Of a stretch of 64,000 bases of DNA, positions 1-12,300 are shown piece by piece (within the stretch, counting starts at the first letter, position 1; each line of letters begins with the position of its first letter). Below the pieces are notes generated by a model. The model worked only from the letters and a program-made list of their open reading frames with translations. It was not told where the DNA came from and did not search any database. The stretch comes from Eledone cirrhosa. Taxonomy: Eukaryota. A program made the translations under genes and the position numbers. The DNA lies in contig OZ024742.1 in assembly GCA_964016885.1 (NCBI GenBank), forward strand, positions 217,124,001-217,188,000, given 5' to 3'.

Positions 1-2370
1 AAAAACCTGATACAGATCCAAGCCTTGTTCAATGCACTTCTCCTGGAGCTGTCTAGCTGAGAAGATCATATCAGTAGTGCCGCGTCCAGCACGAAAACCA
101 GATTGACTTTCAGGAAGAACACAATCTGCAATGTGTGTCAGCAGACGGTCCAGAAGCACCCTACATAAAACTTTCCCTACGACAGAAAGCAATGATATAC
201 CTCTGTAGTTCCCACAATCATTCCTGTTATCCTTTCCCTTGTACAAGACCACCATTACTGCATCTCTCCAGTCCTCAGGTACGGATTCATTAGCCCATAT
301 CCTTCCAAACAAAGAGTGAAGATGTTGCAGGAGTCTCTCACCACCATATTGTAGGAGCTCAGCATGTATGCCATCCATACCTGGAGATCTTCCACTGTTC
401 AGCTTCGAAATAGCCACTGCAACCTCCACAAGCGTCGGAGGTTCTGCGAGAGCTACTTTCACAGGACTTTCTGGAATGAGATTGAGGAAATCTTCACTGA
501 CGACAGACGGCTGATTCAAAAGATCATCAAAGTGCTCTCGCCACCTTCGTAGAATTCCCTGTGAGTATAGATTCCCGTAGAATTCCCTGCGAAGAAGTTC
601 TTTGCCATCCTTGCTGCGAAGCGGTGTCACCAGAGAAGAAGACGGTCCATAAACCTCACGCAAGAGACTGTACAACAGCTTTGTGTTATTGGAATCAGAC
701 GCAGTTTGTATCTCACCAGCCTTCTCACTCCACCACTGATCCTTCATCTGAGAAAGACTCCGCCTAACACGTGATTTTACATCCCTGAGCTCCTCATGCA
801 ACGTATTCCTCTCCTGTGGTTTTGCCGTCAAGTAGCGTGACAGAGCACGCCTCTTATCAGCCAACAAGTCTTCTATATGTACATCATTCTCATTAAACCA
901 GTCCTGATGTTTTCTCTGCACCAATCCCAGAACACGCCTGCCTACATCATAAACCGGCTTTTTAAGGGTCGGCCAATCCTCACCAAGATCTGCAGCCTGC
1001 ATCTCTTCTTCCAATGTCCTCTTCACATTTTTATCCTTAAGACGAGCAGCATTCAATCTTTTGGGCAGGGTAACACCAGGAGCCCGGATTTTACGTTTGG
1101 TGATTAGTTTCACTTTTGCGCGTACCAGGCGGTGGTCCGTCCAGCACTCAGCTCCACGAAGAACACGAACACACTGCACATCCTGTCTGTCACGCATCCT
1201 GACTAGGACGTAGTCCAAAAGATGCCATTCCTTAGATGCAGGATGCATCCATGTGGTCTTGAATTTGTTCTTTTGTTGGAACATGGTGTTGGTAACACAC
1301 AGATCCAGCTCCTCACACATCTGCAGCAGGAGCATACCATTGCTGTTACACTCCCCCCCCCCCCCCCCCATGCCTTCCGATTACATTCCATGTGTTAAAA
1401 TCCCTACCCACTCTAGCATTAAAGTCACCAAGCACGATGACTTTGTCTGCCTGAGGGATATTTCTTAGAACACCTTTCAAGGCATGGTAAAAGGACAGTT
1501 TTTCTTCATCGACAGAATTCATAGTTGGAGCATACACACTCACCAGGGTAGCATATCTTACTTTGTCCAGCGGAACTCTCATGGACATAAGACGCTCACT
1601 AATCCCTACTGGGAATTCTTCTAATTTATTCACAAGTACAGTCTTAACAGCAAATCCTACCCCAGCCTCTCTTCTGGTTCCTTCATCTCTTCCTTTCCAG
1701 AAGAATGTATATTCTCCACAAAATTCCGTAAGATGACCATCTCCAGCTAACCTCGTCTCAGATAAAGCCACGATGTCAAGATCGTAACGTCGAAGCTCCT
1801 TTGCAACAAGAGCGGTCCTTCGTTCAGGTCGCTCCAAGGAATCCCTGTCAAGCAGCGTCCGTACGTTCCAGCAGCCAAGACTAAATGCCCTGTTTGGCTC
1901 TATTACAATGGCACGATGACGAGCGGGCCCAGGCTGTGATAACTTGGGGCCCCTGTCCTTATTGCCAATGATCTTTTTTGTTCCAGAACCTGAATTGCCA
2001 ATTATCTCTTTTACATTGTTCTGGAACATCATTGAATTGGAAAAAAAAAAAAAAAAAAAAAAGTAATAATAATAGTAATAATAATAATAATAATAATAGT
2101 ACACTATTAATAATTATTAATGCACTCGTGCAATGCCTGTGCGTGACGAATATTTTTAAAGTGAGGAAAGACTGTGCACTGAGCCAATCCCACTCTCTGA
2201 GCGACAGTAGCTATAACCCGAAAAGAAGAAAAGATCAACATCATCGGTAACTACTGAGCCGCAGGTTTTATATCGGAGTTAACCCAGTTTCCTGAGATGC
2301 CTTCTCCTAGAAGAATGCCCAGTGGTTTAACTGCGCGATCGAGCATCCAGCCCGATTATTTCTATGTCTC
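1..2370 (-). mobile_element. RTE-clade (BovB-like) LINE, 5' part: 5' UTR, AP endonuclease and start of RT; decayed, runs off the window start
   Basis: ORF 1346-2104 has APE motifs GCWNVRTL, DIVALSETRL, SVYAPT, LGDFNARVG. Pre-RT residues near 100-300 (PEDWRDAVMVVLYKGKG, YRGISLLSVVGK). The reverse complement of 2140-2270 matches the 5' UTR of the RTE at about 28055-28175 (ACCTGCGG...CCGATGATGTTGA...CTCAGAGAGTGGGATTGG). Interrupted by poly-C (about 1353-1369) and (A)n/(AAT)n (2041-2100). Confidence 0.9.
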
Positions 2371-2375
2371 CGCGC

Positions 2376-2406
<31 letters not shown>

Positions 2407-2629
2407 ACTTATTGACACTTATACGTACGACATACACACACGCATACATATGCGCGCACACAGCAACACTCATACATACAAACACACACACACGCTACTC
2501 TACTCACTTACACGCACACACATATATATATATATTATATATTACCGTCATTACTGATACAAGATTACAAGATTATGTCAACTGTTGACTTTCAAGAGTT
2601 TGTATAGTTGAAGCCGATCGTATTACAGT

Positions 2630-2965
2630 CCAGTGGCAGCATCGGTAGGTCAGACGCCATGCTTTGACGCATAGAGTTACAGCCCTTTCCAGTTCAAATC
2701 CCGCCGAGGTTAACTTTGCCTTTCATCCTTACGGGGTCGATAAAACAAAGTACCAGTAATGCACTGGGTAATTACTGGCCTTGTGCCAAATGTAGAAACA
2801 AGTATTATTATAATTGCTTTACAGCATAGAGTTATGGCTCTCCACGCTCTGAGCTCAAATCCCGCCGAGGTCAACCTTGCCCTTCATCCCCACGGAGTCG
2901 ACAAAAGAGAGTACCAGTGATGCGCTGGCCAGTCTATGGATCCGTGCCAAAAGCAGAAAAATTAT
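2630..2965 (+). mobile_element. Two tandem copies of the abundant SINE family (TTCAAATCCCGCCGAGGTTAACTTTGCCTTTCATCC...GGGGTCGATAAAATAAAGTACCAGT)
   Basis: B-box-like GTTCAAATCC and a conserved body repeated many times in the window. It resembles octopus tRNA-derived SINEs (recalled, not searched). Confidence 0.8.
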
Positions 2966-3704
2966 TAAAGTTGTTTTCTTAAGGCCCGGTCGCTGGTGAT
3001 GGCGGTGGTGGCAGTTGATGTTGTTGTTGTGTTGTGTGCGTGTGTGTGTGTGTGTGTGTGTTTTGTTATTTTGAGTTTTTTTTTCTTTTTTTTTTTTTTT
3101 TTCTTTTCCCTTCCTTTTTTTATGTTTTGATGCCGCTGTTGTTGTTGTTGTAAATGTTCATTTCAGTTCATTCTGAAGCTGTTGTTGCTGTAAACATTAG
3201 TGCCGGTGTTGTTGTTGTTATAGATGTTGGGGTTGAAATCTGGTCGTTTGACTGAGTGATGTATATACACACACATATACATACACACACATATATATAT
3301 ATAAGCATTCAACACAGAGTAGAGAGTTTGACAACAGGTCGATGACTTTAGTCTAGATAGGGTAATGACATGTGATGGTGGGGAGAGAGTGTAGACGTTA
3401 TTGTGGTGGTGGGAGACAGTGAGATGTATCTAGTTCATTTGACCGTTTTCTTCTCTTTGCAAATTTGAATTTTAGCCATGTTATATTGAGATGTAAGTAA
3501 ATGTAAAATGTAAAATATAAATAAGGATTGCGCTGCTAAAATATACTAAAATATTTGTGTAACTTCCACAAACTTCTGTCGTGACATTCCCGAGTCCAGT
3601 GACCAACAAATTGTTGTATTTTGATGTTTCAGAATACAAAAATTAATTAAAAACTTACCCCACGAAAAGACAGCGTCTGTTGTCCTATCTATAAGCTCCC
3701 TCAT

Positions 3705-3951
<247 letters not shown>

Positions 3952-4047
3952 GTCAGGGGAGAAAGAGAAGGAAAATGTGTATAAAGAAAGAGGAGGAAGG
4001 TAGAATGCGATTTAGAGAAGAAAGGAGGGAGAGAAGTGCAGCAACAA

Positions 4048-4230
4048 GATGGTAATGGTGGTGCTGGTTGTCCTGGTGATGTGAAGGTGTTGCTGATGAT
4101 GGTAATGGTGGTGCTGGTTGTCCTGGTGATGTGAAGGTGTTGCTGATGATGGTAATGGTGGTGCTGGTTGTCCTGGTGATGTGAAGGTGTTGCTGATGGT
4201 GGTAATGGTGGTGCTGGTTGTCCTGGTGAT
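4048..4230. repeat. 50-bp tandem repeat, about 3.6 copies
   Basis: GATGGTAATGGTGGTGCTGGTTGTCCTGGTGATGTGAAGGTGTTGCTGAT starts at 4048, 4098, 4148, with a partial copy at 4198. Confidence 0.92.
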
Positions 4231-4359
4231 GGTAATGGTGATATTGATGATCGTCGTCGTCGTCGTAGTGGTGGTAGTGGTGGTGACGGTGCTGGTGGTC
4301 ATGGTGATTGATGCTAGAAACGGTAGGGCTGCTTGTCGTATTTGTAAATCTTAATGATG

Positions 4360-4453
4360 GTCGTTGTTGTTGTTGTGGAGGTGATGGTGGTGGTGGTGCT
4401 GGTTGTTGTTGTTGCTGTTGTGGTGGTTGTGGTGCTGGTCGTGGTGGTGGTGG

Positions 4454-4484
<31 letters not shown>

Positions 4485-4686
4485 GGTGGTGGTGGTGGTG
4501 GTGCTGGTCGTAGTGGTGGCGGTGGTGGTGGTGCTGATCGTTGTTGTTGTTGTTGTTGTGGTGGTGGTGGTGGTGGTGGTGGTGTCCGTGGCCGTGGTGG
4601 TGGTGGTTGTTGTTGTTGCTGTTGTTGTGGTGGTGGTGCTGGTGGGGTGGTTGTGGTGGTGGTTGTTGTGGTGGTGGTGGTGGTGG

Positions 4687-4719
<33 letters not shown>

Positions 4720-5427
4720 TAGTGGTGGCGGTGGTGGTGGTGCTGATCGTTGTTGTTGTTGTTGTTGTGGTGGTGGTGGTGGTGGTGTCCGTGACCGTGG
4801 TGGTGGTGGTTGTTGTTGTTGCTGTTGTTGTGGTGGTGGTGCTGGTGGGGTGGTTGTGGTGGTGGTTGTTGTGGTGGTGGTGGTGGTGGTTGTTGTTGTT
4901 GTGGTGGTGGTGGTGGTGGTGCTGGTCGTAGTGGTGGCGGTGGTGGTGGTGCTGATCGTTGTTGTTGTTGTTGTTGTGGTGGTGGTGGTGGTGGTGGTGG
5001 TGGTGTCCGTGGCCGTGGTGGTGGTGGTTGTTGTTGTTGCTGTTGTTGTGGTGGTGGTGCTGGTGGGGTGGTTGTGGTGGTGGTTGTTGTTGTTGTTGTG
5101 GTGGTGGTGGTGGTGGTTGTTGTTGTTGTGGTGGTGGTGGTGGTGGTGCTGGTCGTAGTGGTGGCGGTGGTGGTGGTGCTGATCGTTGTTGTTGTTGTTG
5201 TTGTGGTGGTGGTGGTGGTGGTGGTGGTGTCCGTGGCCGTGGTGGTGGTGGTGGTTGTTGTTGCTGTTGTTGTGGTGGTGGTGCTGGTGGGGTGGTTGTG
5301 GTGGTGGTTGTTGTGGTGGTGGTGGTGGTGGTGGTGGTGGTGGTGGTGGTGGTGGTGGTGGTGGTGGTGGTGGTTGTTGTTGTTGTTGTTGTGGTGGTGG
5401 TGCTGGTGCTGGTGGTGGTGGTTGTGG

Positions 5428-5461
<34 letters not shown>

Positions 5462-6023
5462 GGTGGTGGTGGTGGTGCTGGTGGTGGTGGTTGTTGTTGT
5501 TGTGGTGGTGCTGGTGGTGGTGGTGGTTGTTGTTGTTGTTGTTGCTGCTGCTGTTGTTGTTGTTGTTGTTGGTGTTGTGGTGGTGGTGGTGGAGGTTGTT
5601 GTTGTTGCTGTTGTTGTGGTGGTGGTGCTGGTCGTGGTGGTGGTGGTTGTTGTTGTTGTGCTGGTCGTGGTGGTGGTGGTTGTTGTTGCTGCTGTTGTTG
5701 TTGTTGTTGTGGTGGTGCTGGTCGTGGTGGTGGTGGTGGTTGTTGTTGCTGCTGTTGTTGTTGTTGTGGTGGTGGTGGTGGTGCTGGTCGTGTTGGTGGT
5801 GGTTGTTGTTGTTGCTGTTGTTGTTGTTGTGGTGGTGGTGGTGCTGGTCGTGGTGGTGCTGGTTGTTGTTGTTGCTGTTGTGGTGGTTGTGGTGCTGGTC
5901 GTGGTGGTGGTGGTTGTTGTTGTTGTTGTTGTTGTGGTGGTGGTGGTGGTGGTGGTGGTGGTGGTGGAGGTTGTTGTTGTTGCTGTTGTTGTGGTGGTGG
6001 TGGTGGTGCTGGTCGTGGTGGTG

Positions 6024-6057
<34 letters not shown>

Positions 6058-6360
6058 TTGTTGTTGTGGTGGTGGTGGTGGTGGTGGTGGTGGTGGTGGT
6101 GGTTGTTGTTGTTGTTGTTGTTGTGGTGGTGGTGGTGGTGCTGGTCGTGGTGTTGGTGGTTGTTGTTATTGCTGTTGTTGTTGTTGTTGTGGTGGTGGTG
6201 GTGGTGGTGGTGGTGGTTGTTGTTGCTGTTGTTGTTGTTGTTGTTGTGGTGGTGGTGGTGGTGGTGCTGGTCGTGGTGGTGTTGGTTTTTGTTGTTGTTG
6301 TGGTGGTGGTTGTTGTTGTTGTTGCTGTTGTTGTGTTTGTTGTTGTTGATGTTGTTGTTG
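4360..6360. repeat. Compound (GGT)n/(GTT)n trinucleotide array with a ~210-bp higher-order unit (4 copies) in its first half
   Basis: The marker GCTGGTCGTAGTGGTGGCGGTGGTGGTGGTGCTGATCG recurs at about 4503, 4712, 4921 and 5148. Confidence 0.93.
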
Positions 6361-9300
6361 GGGTGATAGTGTTATGGTGGTGGTGTTGGTGATAGTGTTA
6401 TGATGGTGGTAGTGATGGTGGTAGTGTTACGGTGGGGGATTAGGGATAGTGTTATGGTGGTGGTGTTGGTGGTGGTGGTGATAGTGTTATGGTGGGGGCG
6501 TTGTTGATAGTGTTATGGTGGGGGTGGGGGTGATAGTGTTATGGTGGGGGTGGGGGTGATAGTGCTATGCTGGTGGTGTTTGTGATAGTGTTATGGTGGT
6601 GATAGTGTTATGGTGGTGCTGTTGGTGATAGTGTCATGGTGGTGGTGTTGGTGATAGTGTCATGGTGGTGGTGTTGGTGATAGTGTTATGGTGGTGGTGT
6701 TGGTGATAGTGTTATGGTGGTGGTGTTGGTGATATTGTTATGGTGGTGGTGTTGTTGATAGTGTTATGGTGGTGGTGTTGGTGATAGTGTTATGGTGGTG
6801 GTGTTGGTGATAGTGTTATGGTGGTGGTGCTGGTTATAGTGTTATGGTGGTGGTGTTGGTGTTAGTGTTATGGTGGTGGTGTTGGTGATATTGTTATGGT
6901 GGTGGTGTTGGTGATAGTGTTATGGTGGTGGTGTTGGTGATAGTGTTATGGTGGTGGTGTTGGTGTTAGTGTTATGGTTGTGGTGTTGGTGATAGTGTTA
7001 TGCTGGTGGTGTTGGTGATAGTGTTATGTTGGTGGTGTTGGTGATAGTGTTATGGTGGTGGTGTTGGTGATAGTGTTATGGTGGTGGTGTTGTTGATAGT
7101 GTTATGGTGGTGGTGTTGGTGATAGTGTTATGGTGGTGGTGTTGGTGTTAGTGTTATGGTGGTGGTGTTGGTGATATTGTTATGGTGGTGGTGTTAGTGA
7201 TAGTGTTATGCTGGTGGTGTTGGTGATAGTGTTATGGTGGTGGTGTTGGTGTTAGTGTTATGGTGGTGGTGTTGGTGATAGTGTTATGCTGGTGGTGTTG
7301 GTGATAGTGTTATGCTGGTGGTGTTGGTGATATTGTTATGGTGGTGGTGTTGGTGATAGTGTTATGGTGTAGTGTTGGTGATAGTGTTATGGTGGTGGTG
7401 TTGGTGATAGTGTGATGGTGGTGGTGTTGGTGATAGTGTTATGGTGTAGTGTTGGTGATAGTGTTATGGTGTTGTTGGTGTTAGTGTTATGGTGGTGGTG
7501 GTGGTGGTGATAGTGTTATGGTGGTGTTGGTGTTACTGTTATGGTGGTGGTGGTGGTGATAGTGTTATGGTGGTGGTGTTGGTGATAGTGTTATGGTGGT
7601 GGTGTTGGTGTTAGTTTTATGGTGGTGGTGTTGGTGATAGTGTTATGATGGTGGTGGTGAGAGTGTTATGGTGGTGGTGTTGGTGATAGTGTTATGCTGG
7701 TGGTGTTGGTCATAGTGTTATGGTGGTGGTGTTGGTGATATTGTTATGGTGGTGGTGTTGGTGATAGTGTTATGGTGGCGGTGTTGGTGTTAGTGTTATG
7801 GTGGTGGTGTTGGTGATAGTGTTATGGTGGTGGTGGTGAGAGTGTTATGGTGGTGGTGTTGGTGATAGTGTTATGTTGGTGGTGTTGGTGATAGTGTTAT
7901 GGTGGTGGTGTTGGTGATATTGTTATGGTGGTGGTGTTGGTGATAGTGTTATGGTGGTGGTGTTGGTGATAGTGTTATGCTGGTGGTGTTGGTGATAGTG
8001 TTATGGTGGTGGTGTTGGTGATATTGTTATGGTGGTGGTGTTGGTGATAGTGTTATGCTGGTGGTGTTGGTGATAGTGTTATGGTGGTGGTGTTGGTGAT
8101 ATTGTTATGGTGGTGGTGTTGGTGATAGTGTTATGCTGGTGGTGTTGGTGATAGTGTTATGGTGGTGGTGTTGGAGATAGTGCTATGGTGGTGGTGTTGG
8201 TGATAGTGCTATGGTGGTGGTGTTGGTGATAGTGTTATGGTGGTGGTGTTGGTGTTAGTGTTATGGTGGTGGTGTTGGTGATAGTGTTATGGTGGTGGTG
8301 TTGGTGATGGTGCTATGGTGGTGGTGGTGTTGGTGATAGTGCTATGGTGGTAGTGTTGGTGATAGTGTTATGCTGGTGGTGTTGGTGATAGTGTTATGGT
8401 GGTGGTGTTGGAGATAGTGCTATGGTGGTGGTGTTGGTGATAGTGCTATGGTGCTGGTGTTGGTGATAGTGTTATGGTGGTGGTGTTGGTGTTAGTGTTT
8501 TGGTGGTGGTGTTGTTGATAGTGTTATAGTGGTGGTGTTGGTGATAGTGTTATGCTGTTGGTGTTGGTGATAGTGTTATGGTGGTGGTGTTGGTGGTAGT
8601 GTTATGGTGGTGATGTTGTTGATAGTGTTATGGTGGTGGTGTTGGTGATAGTGTTATGCTGTTGGTGTTCTTGATAGTGTTATGGTGCTGGTGTTGTTGA
8701 TAGTGTTATGGTGGTGGTGTTGTTGATAGTGTTATGGTGGTGGTGTTGGTGATATTGTTATGGTGCTGGTGTTGGTGATATTGTTATGCTGGTGGTGTTG
8801 GTGATAGTGTTATGCTGGTGGTGTTGGTGATAGTGTTATGGTGGTGGTGTTGGTGATAGTGTTATGGTGGTGGTGTTGTTGATAGTGTTATGGTGGTGGT
8901 GTTGGTGATAGTGTTATGCTGGTGGTGTTGGTGATAGTGTTATGGTGGTGGTGTTGGAGATAGTGCTATGGTGGTGGTGTTGGTGATAGTGCTATGGTGG
9001 TGGTGTTGGTGATAGTGTTATGGTGGTGGTGTTGGTGTTAGTGTTATGGTGGTGGTGTTGGTGATAGTGTTATGGTGGTGGTGTTGGTGATGGTGCTATG
9101 GTGGTGGTGGTGTTGGTGATAGTGCTATGGTGGTGGTGTTGGTGATAGTGCTATGGTGGTGGTGTTGGTGATAGTGCTATGGTGGTGGTGTTGGTGATAT
9201 TGTTATGCTGGTGGTGTTGGTGATAGTGTTATGCTGGTGGTGTTGGTGATAGTGTTATGGTGGTGGTGTTGGTGATAGTGTTATGGTGGTGTTGGTGATA

Positions 9301-12300
9301 GTGCTATGGTGGTAGTGTTGGTGATAGTGTTATGCTGGTGGTGTTGGTGATAGTGTTATGGTGGTGGTGTTGGAGATAGTGCTATGGTGGTGGTGTTGGT
9401 GATAGTGCTATGGTGCTGGTGTTGGTGATAGTGTTATGGTGGTGGTGTTGGTGTTAGTGTTTTGGTGGTGGTGTTGTTGATAGTGTTATAGTGGTGGTGT
9501 TGGTGATAGTGTTATGCTGTTGGTGTTGGTGATAGTGTTATGGTGGTGGTGTTGGTGGTAGTGTTATGGTGGTGATGTTGTTGATAGTGTTATGGTGGTG
9601 GTGTTGGTGATAGTGTTATGCTGTTGGTGTTCTTGATAGTGTTATGGTGCTGGTGTTGTTGATAGTGTTATGGTGGTGGTGTTGGTGATAGTGTTATGGT
9701 GGTGGTGTTGGTGATATTGTTATGGTGCTGGTGTTGGTGTTATTGTTATGCTGGTGGTGTTGGTGATAGTGTTATGCTGGTGGTGTTGGTGATAGTGTTA
9801 TGGTGGTGGTGTTGGTGATAGTGTTATGGTGGTGGTGTTGTTGATAGTGTTATGGTGGTGGTGTTGGTGATATTGTTATGGTGCTGGTGTTGGTGATATT
9901 GTTATGCTGGTGGTGTTGGTGATAGTGTTATGCTGGTGGTGTTGGTGATAGTGTTATGGTGGTGGTGTTGGTGATAGTGTTATGCTGGTGTTGGTGTTAG
10001 TGTTATGGTGGTGGTGTTGGTCATTGTGTTATGGTGGTGGTGTTGGTGATAGTCTTATGGTGGTGGTGTTGGTGATAGTGTTATGCTGGTGGTGTTGGTG
10101 ATATTGTTATGGTGGTGGTGTTGGTGATAGTGCTATGGTGGTGGTGTTGGTGATAGTGTTATGGTGGTGGTGTTGTTGATAGTGTTATGGTGGTGGTGTT
10201 GGTGATAGTGTTATGGTGGTGGTGTTGTTGATAGTGTTATGGTGGTGGTGTTGGTGATAGTGCTATGGTGGTGGTGTTGGTGATATTGTTATGCTGGTGG
10301 TGTTGGTGATAGTGTTATCCTGGTGGTGTTGGTGATATTGTTATGGTGGTGGTGTTGGTGATAGTGTTATGGTGGTGGTGTTGGTGATAGTGTAATGGTG
10401 GTGGTGTTGGTGATAGTGTTATGGTGGTGGTGTTGGTGATAGTGTTATGGTGGTGGTGTTGGTGATAGTGCTATGGTTGTGGTGTTGGTGATAGTGTTAT
10501 GGTGGTGGTGTTGGTGATATTGTTATGCTGGTGGTGTTGGTGATAGTGTTATGGTCGTGGTGTTGGTGATAGTGTTATGGTGGTGGTGTTGGTGATAGTG
10601 TTATGGTGGTGGTGTTGGTGATAGTGTTATGGTGGTGGTGTTGGTGATAGTGTTATGGTAGTGGTGTTGGTGATAGTGCTATGGTGGTGGTGTGTGTGTT
10701 AGTGTTATGGTGGTGGTGTTGGTGATAGTGTTATGGTGGTGGTGGTGATAGTGTTATGGTGGTTGTGTTGGTGATAGTGTTATGGTGGTGGTGTTGGTGT
10801 TAGTGCTATGGTGGTTGTGTTGGTGATAGTGTTATGGTGGTGGTGTTGGTGATAGTGTTATGGTGGTGGTGTTGTTGATAGTGTTATGGTGGTGGTGTTG
10901 GTGATACTGTTATGGTGGTGGTGTTGGTGATAGTGTTATGGTGGTGGTGTTGGTGTTAGTGTTATGGTGGTGGTGTTGGTGATAGTGTTATGGTGGTGGT
11001 GTTGTTGATAGTGTTATGGTGGTGGTGTTGGTGATAGTGTTATGGTGGTGGTGTTGGTGTTAGTGTTATGGTGGTGGTGTTGGTGATAGTGTTATGGTGG
11101 TGGTGGTGATAGTGTTATGGTGGTGGTGTTGGTCATAGTGTTATGCTGGTGGTGTTGGTGTTAGTGTTATGGTGGTGGTGTTGGTTATAGTGTTATGGTG
11201 GTGGTGTTGGTGATAGTGCTATGGTGGTGGTGTTGGTGTTAGTGCTATGGTGGTGGTGTTGGTGATAGTGTTATGGTGGTTGTGTTGGTGATAGTGTTAT
11301 GGTGGTGGTGTTGGTGATAGTGTTATGGAGGTGGTGTTGTTGATAGTGTTATGCTGGTGGTGTTGATGATAGTGTTATGGTTTAGGTGTTGGTGATAGTG
11401 TTATGGTTTAGGTGTTGGTCATAGTGTTATGGTGGTGGTGTTGGTGATATTGTTATGTTGGTGGTGTTGGTGATAGTGTTATGGTGGTGGTGGTGAGAGT
11501 GTTATGGTGGTGGTGTTGGTGATAGTGTAATGCTGGTGGTGTTGGTGATAGTGTTATGCTGGTGGTGTTGGTGATATTGTTATGGTGGTGGTGTTGGTGA
11601 TAGTGTTATGGTGGTGGTGTTGGTGATAGCGTTATGCTGGTGGTGTTGGTGATAGTGTTATGGTGGTGGTGTTGGTGATATTGTTATGCTGGTGGTGTTG
11701 GTGATAGTGTTATGCTGGTGGTGTTGGTGATAGTGTTATGGTGGTGGTGTTGGTGATAGTGTTATGCTGGTGTTGGTGTTAGTGTTATGGTGGTGGTGTT
11801 GGTCATTGTGTTATGGTTGTGGTGTTGGTGATAGTGTTATGGTGGTGGTGTTGGTGATAGTGTTATGGTGGTGGTGTTGGTGATATTGTTATGGTGGTGG
11901 TGTTGGTGATAGTGTTATGCTGTTGGTGTTGGTGATAGTGTTATGGTGGTGGTGTTGGTGGTAGTGTTATGGTGGTGGTGTTGTTGATAGTGTTATGGTG
12001 GTGGTGTTGTTGATAGTGTTATGGTGGTGGTGTTGGTGATAGTGTTATGGTGGTGGTGTTGTTGATAGTGTTATGGTGGTGGTGTTTGTGATATTGTTAT
12101 GGTGCTGGTGTTGGTGATATTGTTATGCTGGTGGTGTTGGTGATAATGTTATGCTGGTGGTGTTGGTGATAGTGTTATGGTGGTGGTGTTGGTGATAGTG
12201 TTATGCTGGTGTTGGTGTTAGTGTTATGGTGGTGGTGTTGGTCATTGTGTTATGGTGGTGGTGTTGGTGATAGTGTTATGGTGGTGGTGTTGGTGATAGT

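Noticed and set aside
3650-3695. Minus-strand exon-like pattern (AG...GTAAGT)
   Set aside because: Isolated, with a weak acceptor; it shows that such patterns arise by chance and tempers the micro-exon finding.
4012-6392. Long ORFs of poly-V/W/L/C/G
   Set aside because: Stop-free translations of GGT/GTT repeats in all frames; no evidence of coding.
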